Of a DNA stretch of 64,000 bases, positions 56,071 to 64,000 are shown piece after piece (the stretch's first letter is position 1; every line of letters starts with the position of its first letter). The stretch covers positions 192,001 through 256,000 of the forward strand of contig CAVPVX010000002.1 in NCBI GenBank assembly GCA_963709345.1, in the 5' to 3' direction. Position numbers and translations under genes: made by a program. The stretch is from an uncultured Actinomycetes bacterium (GTDB taxonomy: Bacteria; Actinomycetota; Thermoleophilia; UBA2241). Under the pieces are notes generated by a model. It was not told the origin of the DNA, made no database searches, and saw nothing but the letters and a program-made list of their open reading frames with translations.

Positions 56071-57140
56071 CAGAGGGCCTCCCGCAGGGTCCCGTCGTCG
56101 TACAGGCGCGCGAGCTGCCGGGCGAGCTCGGCCTGCCAGACGACGCGCCCGTCGGGAAGGAGGTGCGAGAGGTCGAGGAAGTCCTCGCTCGGGATGTCGA
56201 CCTGCTCGTTGAAGTCCAGGTACGGCACCCCGTACTCGGCGGCGATCTCTCGCGTCGGCGTGCGGTAGGCGGTGAACGCCTCATCGAACGAGTCACCGAT
56301 GACCTCACGGTTGTAGGGCAGCTCCAGGAGCACCACGTCGAGCCCCTTCCGCTGCCCTTCAAGCACCAGGTCCCCGAGCATCGCCACGTTGAAGTCGAGG
56401 ACCCGCCGGAACGCCGGGTAGTACCGGCTCAGCCACTTCTGCACCAGGGCATCCTTGCGCTCCGATGACAGTGCTTTGCGGCCGTCGAACGCGTGCGGCC
56501 TGTACGGCCGCGGGCTCAGCCGGCCCTTGAACAGAAGGTCGTTCTCGCGCTGCTGTGCGTACGACGCCAGCGCCGAGAAGATGCCCGGGAGGATGGTGTA
56601 CGAGCGCCGGTGCTCGCCGGAGCGGGCGACCACCCAGTCCCGCAGCGAGTCGCTCTTGAGCAGGAGCTCCCGGCCGACGACCTGGTTGTAGTTGCTCTTG
56701 GGACTCGTGGTGAAGCGGCCGAGGTTCACGCCGATGAGGACGGTCGTCGGCGTGTCCGGCAGGTTGTCGACGATGGCCCAGCTCTGGGCGTAGCGCTGCA
56801 TCCGCGAACTGAGGTTGCGGGCGGCGATGGTGGGGCCTCCCGCGGCGCGCACGTCGCCGGCGAGGGAGGGACCGCTGACAATGGCCTCCCGGCCGCTGGA
56901 GCCGCCCAGCAGCGTCACGAGCGGCCGCTCCGGCGGCCGGCGCTTGAGCTCGCCGACCGTCCACGACACGTACATGTAGTCGTCCGTGGCGTTGCGCATC
57001 CAGCGCTGCACCGGCACGGCGCTCCAGGCGCCGCTGGTGAAGAACGCCTGGATGCCGAGGAGCGCCGGCACCAGCAGCGCGAGCGCCACGACGAGCACGA
57101 GGGGGCTCCGGTTGCCCAGCCCGCGACAGAAGCTTCTCAC
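56070..57140 (-). CDS. SGNH/DltD-like protein, paralog 2
   Basis: N-terminal TM, LLGGSSGRE, FLDLSHL. Confidence 0.75.
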   Translation of the reverse strand: MRSFCRGLGNRSPLVLVVALALLVPALLGIQAFFTSGAWSAVPVQRWMRNATDDYMYVSWTVGELKRRPPERPLVTLLGGSSGREAIVSGPSLAGDVRAAGGPTIAARNLSSRMQRYAQSWAIVDNLPDTPTTVLIGVNLGRFTTSPKSNYNQVVGRELLLKSDSLRDWVVARSGEHRRSYTILPGIFSALASYAQQRENDLLFKGRLSPRPYRPHAFDGRKALSSERKDALVQKWLSRYYPAFRRVLDFNVAMLGDLVLEGQRKGLDVVLLELPYNREVIGDSFDEAFTAYRTPTREIAAEYGVPYLDFNEQVDIPSEDFLDLSHLLPDGRVVWQAELARQLARLYDDGTLREAL

Positions 57141-58210
57141 TGCGGGACGCCGCCGTGCCCGGACGTCTCGCCCATGATCTCCACGACTTCCCGCGCGAGG
57201 CGGCGCTGCCAGACCGTGCGGCCCGACTCGACCAGGTGCGAGAGGTCGTGGAAGTCGCGGCTCGCGATGTCGAGCTCCTCGTTGAAGTCGACGTAGGGTA
57301 CCTCGTACTCGTCGGCCAGAGCCTCGACCGGCTCCCGGTACTCCTCGAGGGCGTAATCGAACCGATCGCCGACCACCTCGCGGTTCAGCGGGAGCTCGAC
57401 GAGCACGACATGCAGGCCGCGCTGCTCCGCGCGCACAAGGAGCTGCTCGAGCATGTCGACGTGAAAGGCCAAGTTACGCCTGAACCTGGGGTACCGCCTC
57501 GTGTTCCACACCTTGACCATGCGCTCCTTCTCGGCCACGGTGTGGTTGCCCTTCAGGTTGTACCGGTGCTGGCCGTAGGTCCTCCGCGGTATCCGGCCCA
57601 GGAGGAGCTCGCCGCCCTGCTCCTGGACGTGACTCGTGAGCTGGGAGAACACGCCCGGCAGGATCGTCGTCGTGTACTTGTACTTGCCGTACGTCTCCGC
57701 CACGTACTGCTGCAGAAAGCGACTCGGCAGCAGGAGCTCGCGGCCCTCCGACTGCTTGAAGCTGGCGCCACGGTCGGAGGTGAACCGCCCGAGCCCCAAA
57801 CCGACGATCAGATAGGTCGGCGTCGCCGGCACGTTGTCGGCCACCGCGAGACTCTGCGCGAAGTTCTGGTTCATGGACCCGAGATCCCACGCGGCGACGT
57901 CGGGACCGCCCGCCTCCCTGACGTCGGCGGCCAGGCTCGGGCCGCTGACCACGGCCTCTCGCGCCGCGGACCCGCCGAGCAGGTACACCGACGGCTTGTC
58001 CGGCGGATCGCGCTTGACCTTGCCGACGACCCAGGAAACGTACACGTAGTCGTCGCTGGACTTGCGCAGCCAGTACTCGAGCGGCACGGCCGTCCAGCGG
58101 CCGCTCGAGAAGCACTCCTCGACGGAGTAGAGCACGGGGACGAGAAACAGCAGCGCCGCAAGAAGGACCAGCGGGCTGCGATTGAAGAGACCCCGTCTGA
58201 AGCTGCTCAC
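57137..58210 (-). CDS. SGNH/DltD-like protein, paralog 1
   Basis: N-terminal TM, YLLGGSAARE, FHDLSHL. Confidence 0.75.
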   Translation of the reverse strand: MSSFRRGLFNRSPLVLLAALLFLVPVLYSVEECFSSGRWTAVPLEYWLRKSSDDYVYVSWVVGKVKRDPPDKPSVYLLGGSAAREAVVSGPSLAADVREAGGPDVAAWDLGSMNQNFAQSLAVADNVPATPTYLIVGLGLGRFTSDRGASFKQSEGRELLLPSRFLQQYVAETYGKYKYTTTILPGVFSQLTSHVQEQGGELLLGRIPRRTYGQHRYNLKGNHTVAEKERMVKVWNTRRYPRFRRNLAFHVDMLEQLLVRAEQRGLHVVLVELPLNREVVGDRFDYALEEYREPVEALADEYEVPYVDFNEELDIASRDFHDLSHLVESGRTVWQRRLAREVVEIMGETSGHGGVPQ

Positions 58211-59745
58211 CCCAGCTCCTCCGCGAGCAACGCGCGGAGCTCGGCACGGATGGCCTTGCCCGACCCCGTGCGAGGGATAGCCGGGACGGCGATCACGCGA
58301 CTCGGCAGCGATGCCGGCGGCAGGACGCCGCGAAGCTCGCGCAGCAGCCTCGAGGCCTTGAAGCCCTCGGGCTCGAGCGGGACGACGAAGGCCACGGGGA
58401 CGTGCCCGAGTATCTCGTCGGGCGCCGCCAGCACGGCGACGTCGGCGAAGCGGCCCAGACCCTGCAGCGCCTGCTGCACGTGCACGATGCTGACCTTCTC
58501 GCCGCCGCGCTTGATGATGTCGTCCTTGCGCCCGGCGATCCAGACGGCGCCACTCTCGTCGACGTGCCCGAAGTCGCCGGTCCTCAGCCCGTGCCCGGTG
58601 AGCGCAGCCGCGGTGATCTCGGGCTCGTCCAGATACCCCTGCATCAGCAGCGAGCCGGTGACGAAGAGCTCGCCGGTCTCGCCAGGCGCGGCCTCGGCGC
58701 CGTCCCCGCGCCGTGCCACGACGCGCATGTCGCCGATCGGCCGACCGACGGAGCCGACGCGCACGTCCAGGTCGGCCGGCGGCAGGATGCAGAGCCGGCC
58801 GCTCACCTCAGTGAGCCCGTACATGTTGAAGAGGCCGACGCCCGGGAGCACGCGGCGGAGCTTCTCGATGACGGGCAGCGGCAGGTGATCGCCGCTGCTC
58901 ACCCAGAAGCGGAACCCGTGCTCCCGCGGCTCGTCGAGCGGCTCCACGACGCGCACGAGGTGCGCCGGTGCGCCGCCGAAGCCGGTGCAGCCTTGCGCCT
59001 CCATCTCGTCGAGGAGCGCGGCGCCGAAGAAGAAGCCGAGCTGCCCGGCCACACCGCCGCCGTTCGCCAGCAGCGTGAGAAAGTGACAGATGCCGCTGGT
59101 GAAGTACGGCGGCGTGTTGATGAAGATGCGGTCGTCGGCCCGCAGCCCCAGCGTGAGCGCCACGTGACCGGCGTTGCTCGAGACCGCCCGGAGCGTCTGG
59201 CACACGCCTTTTGGCAGGCCGGTGGTGCCCGACGTGAACATGATCATCGCGAGTTCGTCCTCGCGCACCGCCTCGAGATCCGCCGGCGCGGCAGCCGGAC
59301 ACCCCGCCTCGCCACCGGGAGCGCGGACGCCCTCCACAAGCCCGTCGGCGCCGGCTACGACGACCAACTGAGCGGGCCCATTCGAGGTTATGGGGCAGGC
59401 GTCGTCGTCGGCGACCACGATCACGTCCGGCCGCGACTTCTCGATCAGCCAGTCGACGTCGGCTTGGGGAAGGCTCGTGTTCAGCGGCACCACGACCTGC
59501 CCCGCAAGCCAGGCGCCGAGCATGCCGATGAAGAAGTGGTCGTACTCCTCGAGCACGAGCGCGACGCGCGCCCCGCGCCCGCCCGCGGCCGCGCGCAGCG
59601 AAGTCGCGACCAGCGTGGCCCGCCGCACGGCCTCACCGTAGGTGTACGTGCGACCCCGAGTGCGGAGCAACGTATCGCCGGGCCGCTCGGCGGCCCAGCG
59701 GCGCAGACGCGCTACGGCATCGGTCATCAAGGAGGCTTGGGTCAT
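58207..59745 (-). CDS. ANL-superfamily adenylate-forming enzyme
   Basis: FTSGTTGLPKG, YGLTE, TGD, GRKDD.IKRGG, PRT.SGK. Confidence 0.9.
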   Translation of the reverse strand: MTQASLMTDAVARLRRWAAERPGDTLLRTRGRTYTYGEAVRRATLVATSLRAAAGGRGARVALVLEEYDHFFIGMLGAWLAGQVVVPLNTSLPQADVDWLIEKSRPDVIVVADDDACPITSNGPAQLVVVAGADGLVEGVRAPGGEAGCPAAAPADLEAVREDELAMIMFTSGTTGLPKGVCQTLRAVSSNAGHVALTLGLRADDRIFINTPPYFTSGICHFLTLLANGGGVAGQLGFFFGAALLDEMEAQGCTGFGGAPAHLVRVVEPLDEPREHGFRFWVSSGDHLPLPVIEKLRRVLPGVGLFNMYGLTEVSGRLCILPPADLDVRVGSVGRPIGDMRVVARRGDGAEAAPGETGELFVTGSLLMQGYLDEPEITAAALTGHGLRTGDFGHVDESGAVWIAGRKDDIIKRGGEKVSIVHVQQALQGLGRFADVAVLAAPDEILGHVPVAFVVPLEPEGFKASRLLRELRGVLPPASLPSRVIAVPAIPRTGSGKAIRAELRALLAEELG

Positions 59746-59762
59746 GCGCGGAGGTCCCGCCG

Positions 59763-60107
59763 TCAGAAGCCGACGTACCGGAACTCGGTCAGCTTGTTGC
59801 CCACGAGAACGGCGATCGTGATCGCCAGGAAGAGGAGGAACCAGAGCAGGGTCTGCAGACTCAGCCCGAGGCCGTAGAAGACCCAGCGCGTGCGTGGCTC
59901 GGCCGGTTCGTCGGCCGGCTCCTCGTCCCGGGCTTCCATTGCGTTCGGCTCGTCTGAGTCGGCGTCGTGAGCGCCGTCGGGAGCGGCGGGAACGTCGCCC
60001 TCGGCGCCGGGCTCGCGACCCTCGAGGTCGGAGGCGCCATCCGCGGCAGGAGGCGCGCCGTTCGCGACGACCTCGCCGGGAGCCTGTTCCTCGCTCGGCT
60101 CAGGCAT
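59763..60107 (-). CDS. DltX-like acyl-shuttle membrane protein with acidic N-terminal extension
   Basis: Single TM helix followed by C-terminal FRYVGF, resembling DltX FIYxEF. Confidence 0.7.
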   Translation of the reverse strand: MPEPSEEQAPGEVVANGAPPAADGASDLEGREPGAEGDVPAAPDGAHDADSDEPNAMEARDEEPADEPAEPRTRWVFYGLGLSLQTLLWFLLFLAITIAVLVGNKLTEFRYVGF

Positions 60108-60348
60108 CGCCCGCCTTCTTGCGCGCCACGTAAGCTAGCATGTGGCTGACCGTGTCGAGATTCTCGTAGATGATATCCATGGGCTTCACCTTGATCGCGA
60201 ACGTCTCTTCGAGAAACGCGATCAGCGCCGTGAGGTTCATCGAATCGAGAAGCTGGTCGCGGAACAGAGACGTATCCGCGGTCACTTCTTCGTCGTCGAG
60301 TTCGGCCTCTTCGCGGATGAACTCCAGGATGGTGTCGGCGTCGGTCAT
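60100..60348 (-). CDS. acyl carrier protein (DltC-like)
   Basis: LF...LLDSM phosphopantetheine Ser, FLEE.F.I.V, ENLDTV. Confidence 0.88.
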   Translation of the reverse strand: MTDADTILEFIREEAELDDEEVTADTSLFRDQLLDSMNLTALIAFLEETFAIKVKPMDIIYENLDTVSHMLAYVARKKAGDA

Positions 60349-60387
60349 GTGGGGTCCTTCACTGGTCGGGAGGCTGAGGGACCGCCT

Positions 60388-61074
60388 TCAGGTGCGCGTC
60401 CCCTGGCTGTACGAGAACCTCATGGGGCTGACGAAGCCGGTCGCCTCGACCCCGGCCTTGAACACCTTGGCCAGGGTGAACACGCGCTCCGCGGTCTGGA
60501 AGCCCTGCTCGAGGCCCCACTCGTCGCTGCGGATGTGGCCGCGGCCGCCGGCCCAGCCGTAAGCGCCGAACTGGCAGGTGCCGTCGCCGTTGCCGACGAC
60601 GAGGCAGCCGTTGCGCACGAAGGGCAGCCACGTGGCGATGATCGCCGTCTCGGCGCCGCCGGAGCGCCGCCCGGCGGTGGCCATGACGCCGACCGGCTTG
60701 TCGGCAAGCTTGAAGTCCTGGTGGCGCGGCACGCGCGTGCGCATGATGAACTTCGTGAACAGGTCCGAGGGAAGGCCGAAGTAGACCGGGGTGGCGACGA
60801 GCAGGCCGTCGGCGGCGATCATCTTCTCGAGCACGCCCTGGACGTCGTCCTCCTCGGCACGCACGCAGGGGATGAACTCCCCGGTGTCCTTCCTCTGGCC
60901 GCAGACGTTGCAGGCCTTGCAGGGCTCGACGTGGAGCGCGCGCAGGTGGACCACCTCGTGCTCGGCCTCGCCGGGGTAGGTGGCGTCGAGCTTCTCGAAC
61001 GCCGTCTCGAGCATGATCCCGCTGTTGCTGTTGTCTCGGGGGCTGCAGTCGAGCCCTATCAGTCGCACGGTCAT
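60388..61074 (-). CDS. flavodoxin-like iron-sulfur flavoprotein
   Basis: SPR..NS, PC.ACNVC....C, DD, ATPVYFG, RSGGAE. Confidence 0.8.
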   Translation of the reverse strand: MTVRLIGLDCSPRDNSNSGIMLETAFEKLDATYPGEAEHEVVHLRALHVEPCKACNVCGQRKDTGEFIPCVRAEEDDVQGVLEKMIAADGLLVATPVYFGLPSDLFTKFIMRTRVPRHQDFKLADKPVGVMATAGRRSGGAETAIIATWLPFVRNGCLVVGNGDGTCQFGAYGWAGGRGHIRSDEWGLEQGFQTAERVFTLAKVFKAGVEATGFVSPMRFSYSQGTRT

Positions 61075-61270
61075 GCGTCGCGCTCCTCTCCGTGCACGTC
61101 CGCCCCGTCTGAGTTGAGGCGAATGGGATGGTCAGGCCCGCAGTCGCGTACGGGAGAGTGATTCTACCAGACGAACGCGGCCCTCGCGCCCGCCCGCGAG
61201 GTCGTGATGGCCCAGCGCTCCAAGGTGGCGGGCGAGGGAACGCCCAGGACCCGTAGGCTGGAGCGAGGGA

Positions 61271-61357
61271 TGGTGCCGGAGGTGGGATTTGAACCCACAC
61301 GCCCTTTCGGGCACCCGATTTTGAGTCGAGCGCGTCTACCAGTTCCGCCACACCGGC
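61271..61357 (-). tRNA. tRNA-Leu(CAA)
   Basis: GCCGGTGTGGCGGAACTGGTAGACGCG-CTCGA CTCAAAA TCGGG-long variable arm-GGTTCAAATCC-CTCCGGCACCA. Confidence 0.95.
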
Positions 61358-61488
61358 ACGGTGAGCCGTGCGGGGATTCTATCCTGCATGCTCGCCCGGC
61401 GCGACGACCGCCGGGCCGAAGGTCGGGTGAGGAGACGGCGTGCCTGACATAGGATGAGCACGTCCGGTCGGCGACGTAGGAGGGTTTC

Positions 61489-61956
61489 ATGCGCAGGGCT
61501 CTGTTCGTCTTGGCCGCGATCGCGATCGCGGCGCTCGTCATCGTCGGATGCGGCGGTTCCGAAGAGCCCGCGGCGAACGAGACGCCCGCCGCCCAGTCCC
61601 CGGCCGGCGACACCTGGACCACTGTCACCACGCTGCACTCGGACGACCCGCAGGAGATCAAGGGGCTCGACATCAGCGAACCGTTCACCGCCTCCGGCGA
61701 CGTCCGCTTCGTGGTCGATATGCCGGACGCCGGCGACGTGGACGGCGTGCTCGCCTTCGTGATGGCAGAAGACCAGGCCGGCGACGCCGCGTCCATCATG
61801 GAGGCCTTACGGGCCCTCCCGGACGCGCAGCAGCTGACGCTCATGCCGTCGCTCGGGGGCGAGGCTGTCGTGCCCGGCCTCGACGGCAGCTACGTGCTGG
61901 TCAGCTCGGTACCCAACGAGAAAGCCTGGTCCGTGGAGATCCAGACGCAGCAGTGA
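61489..61956 (+). CDS. hypothetical lipoprotein
   Basis: AGGAGG RBS, lipobox IVGC. Confidence 0.7.
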   Translation: MRRALFVLAAIAIAALVIVGCGGSEEPAANETPAAQSPAGDTWTTVTTLHSDDPQEIKGLDISEPFTASGDVRFVVDMPDAGDVDGVLAFVMAEDQAGDAASIMEALRALPDAQQLTLMPSLGGEAVVPGLDGSYVLVSSVPNEKAWSVEIQTQQ

Positions 61957-61982
61957 CGGCCGAGCACGATCGGCCGGCTCCA

Positions 61983-62029
61983 CACGAACGACCGGGGCGG
62001 CGCACTCTGCGCCGCCCCGGTCGTTCGTG
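61983..62029. terminator. long perfect hairpin between convergent genes
   Basis: CACGAACGACCGGGGCGGCGCA-ctc-TGCGCCGCCCCGGTCGTTCGTG. Confidence 0.75.
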
Positions 62030-62047
62030 CGTACGAGCTCGGTCGGA

Positions 62048-62743
62048 TCAGTACTGGGAGGCGAACGTCGTCGTCCACATCTGCGGACCCATGCCACGGC
62101 TCACGGCGTAGCAGGTCGCATAGATCTGCGAGCTGCCGTCGTAGATGCTGTCGTGGCGCCAGGGGTTCCAGCTCGCGGACCAGGTGCCGGTCCAGTACTG
62201 GAAGAGGCCCTTGAACGCAGTGGAGGAGCCGGCGAACCGCCGGCCGCCGGACTCGCGCATCATCATGCGATAGATGCCTGCGGCGTTCACGTGGTACTTG
62301 GCCGCCGCGATCTTGATGATCGGCAGCCAATTGCCACGCCGCTCCCACTCCGCGAGCCGCTGCTGCTGACGATACCGCTTCGCGAGCCGTTGCACCCGCT
62401 GCTTCCAGCGCTTCACGGCGCGGCGCTTGGCGACGACTTTCGCGCGAAGCTCCTCCAGCGACGGGGCGACCGTGGGGACGGGGTTCGGCGTGACGGGGTC
62501 GGCCGTCGCGCCGGCGCCGGCGGTCGCGGTGGTGGTGGCCGGGGTCTCGGCGACCAGCGCCGCCGCCAAGGCGGCCTGGGCACGGGCGAGGCGCTGGCGC
62601 GACTCGCGGAGGGAGTGCTTGGCGGCGCGGAGCTTGCCGCGCAGAGTGGCCGCTTCCGCCCGCTCGGGCAGCGCGGCGGCCACGAGAGCAGTGGCGATTA
62701 TGAGGAGTGCGGCGAGCGCGATCCAGCTCTTGAATCCTCTCAC
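62048..62743 (-). CDS. secreted coiled-coil protein with lysozyme-like (SLT/Rpf-like) C-terminal domain
   Basis: GTG start with AAAGGA RBS, signal peptide ending AEA, RESGG catalytic Glu, GLFQY...TW. Confidence 0.75.
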   Translation of the reverse strand: MRGFKSWIALAALLIIATALVAAALPERAEAATLRGKLRAAKHSLRESRQRLARAQAALAAALVAETPATTTATAGAGATADPVTPNPVPTVAPSLEELRAKVVAKRRAVKRWKQRVQRLAKRYRQQQRLAEWERRGNWLPIIKIAAAKYHVNAAGIYRMMMRESGGRRFAGSSTAFKGLFQYWTGTWSASWNPWRHDSIYDGSSQIYATCYAVSRGMGPQMWTTTFASQY

Positions 62744-62931
62744 AAGGTCCTTTCGACGCGATTTCCCGCGCGGGCAGCGGCAGAGCCTGTGCCCGGGGGC
62801 AGCCGGCGTCGGGCCGCGCGAGGCCCCGCACGCGAACGCCGCAAGAGGGAGAAAGGGAGAAAGCAGAGGGCGAACGGATGTGGGGGCGCGACAGACGCCT
62901 CGTTGTTCGTTCGATCGTGGAGTAAAGCAGG

Positions 62932-63573
62932 TCAGTCGCGCGGACGCAACCTGAGCGGGCTGCGCGCAGAGACTTCGACGATCCAGCCGAACACGTGGGA
63001 GCAGCTCCGCAGGACGATGAAGCCTGCCTCTTCCGCGAACCTCACCGTATCTCTGTCGAGCCGGCAGCCGCCGGCGAACGCCGCCCACGACGCCGCCGCC
63101 CGGGTCTGCAGACTGCGCGCCGGCTCCCAGGGCAGGTGCACGTGCTCGAGGAGAAGCAGCGAGCCGCCCGGCACGAGGACCCGGCGCAGCTCGGAGAGCG
63201 CCGCCGCCGGGTCGGTGACCGTGCAGAGACTGAAGACGCTCACGGCCGTGTCGAACGACGCCGCGCCGAACGGCAGTTCTTCGGCGCGGCCCTCCACGAA
63301 CGTGATGGGCGCGGCGGCGCCCGCCGCCCGCCGCCGCGCGCGCGCGACCATGCCGGCGTCGGGCTCCAGCGCCGTCACCGCGGCGCCGGGAGCGTACCAG
63401 CGCAGCTGGCTGCCCGTCCCGGCGCCGATCTCGAGCACGCGGCCGCGCGCCCGGGTTGCCAGGCGCCGCCGCCAGCCGCCGACAGCAGCGCGCTCGAAGG
63501 GCCACATGAACGCGTCGTACACGGCGGCGTGGCCGCCGGGCGGGGTTGAGATTCTCGTGTCTGTAGCCGACAC
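62932..63573 (-). CDS. class I SAM methyltransferase (Methyltransf_11)
   Basis: GRVLEIGAGTG, AEELPF...SFD, LCTV.DP..AL.E..RVL.PGG, LEHV. Confidence 0.88.
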   Translation of the reverse strand: MSATDTRISTPPGGHAAVYDAFMWPFERAAVGGWRRRLATRARGRVLEIGAGTGSQLRWYAPGAAVTALEPDAGMVARARRRAAGAAAPITFVEGRAEELPFGAASFDTAVSVFSLCTVTDPAAALSELRRVLVPGGSLLLLEHVHLPWEPARSLQTRAAASWAAFAGGCRLDRDTVRFAEEAGFIVLRSCSHVFGWIVEVSARSPLRLRPRD

Positions 63574-63650
63574 TAACGCCGTCCTTTCGCGTCCTCCGGT
63601 ACATGCCCCGCCGCCGGGCGCCACATGCATCGGGGCCCCGACGGGTGGCC

Positions 63651-64000
63651 ATGTCTCGTCTGTTCGATTTCACCAAGTACGATAAGGACGCGCCCGGAGC
63701 GCCGGTCGACCCGGAGCAGGCCGTCGAGCTCCGCCGCCTTGCCAATCTGTTCCTCGTCTCCGGCCTCACCCTCGTGCTGTTCATGATGCGCGCTCTCGCC
63801 GAAGGACTGGCGGTGACGTTCATCCCGGCCGGCGTCTACGCGGTCTGGGGCATCGTCCTGCTCACCGGCTGGGCCATGACGCTGGTGTACGGCGTCTACG
63901 TGACGTTCACGGCGCGACGCTGGGGCTGGTTCGCGCTGTGCGCCATCCCCTTCACGTGCGTGCCGTGCGCGGCGGCGTACGCGTGGGTCCGTCGCCAGGA
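63651..64000 (+). CDS. hypothetical membrane protein (runs off window)
   Basis: Open frame from ATG 63651 with three hydrophobic segments. Confidence 0.6.
   Translation, partial: MSRLFDFTKYDKDAPGAPVDPEQAVELRRLANLFLVSGLTLVLFMMRALAEGLAVTFIPAGVYAVWGIVLLTGWAMTLVYGVYVTFTARRWGWFALCAIPFTCVPCAAAYAWVRRQ

Noticed and set aside
61271-61357. tRNA-Leu as an integration site for an island carrying the dlt-like operon
   Set aside because: I did not find a duplicated tRNA 3' end or an integrase in the window.
62744-62930. Possible c-di-AMP (ydaO) riboswitch upstream of the SLT/Rpf-like gene
   Set aside because: The conserved GCCGAATCC and GGGGAACC-type segments are absent; only a pyrimidine-rich tract and GC hairpins are visible.

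Overview
High-GC (~70% by eye) bacterial chromosomal segment. The gene repertoire and putative leaderless promoters suggest an Actinomycetota-like, probably anaerobic or facultative organism (inference only). From left to right: oxidative ornithine catabolism genes (ortB-ortA-ord) behind a long leader carrying a 22-codon uORF; a polar amino-acid ABC transporter; decayed arcC/YkgJ genes; AddAB helicase-nuclease; RNase P RNA; a tal-pgi-gnd-zwf-pgl pentose-phosphate operon; a ~6.4 kb array of small cassettes separated by about 8 complete and 2 partial attC-like sites with no integrase in the window (CALIN-like, rich in toxin-antitoxin modules, with an aac(3)-I-like remnant); pntAB; a DAK2-DegV fusion; three MoxR-AAA/VWA modules, one with a candidate programmed -1 frameshift next to an in-frame fused paralog; hydrolases; a GAF-GAF-GGDEF cyclase; a dlt-like acyl-transfer operon (ACP, DltX-like peptide ending FRYVGF, non-DltA adenylating enzyme, MBOAT, four SGNH/DltD-like paralogs); tRNA-Leu(CAA); and an SLT/Rpf-like secreted protein. 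All family calls are from motif recognition by eye, no searches were run. Several apparent frameshifts could be sequencing or assembly errors.
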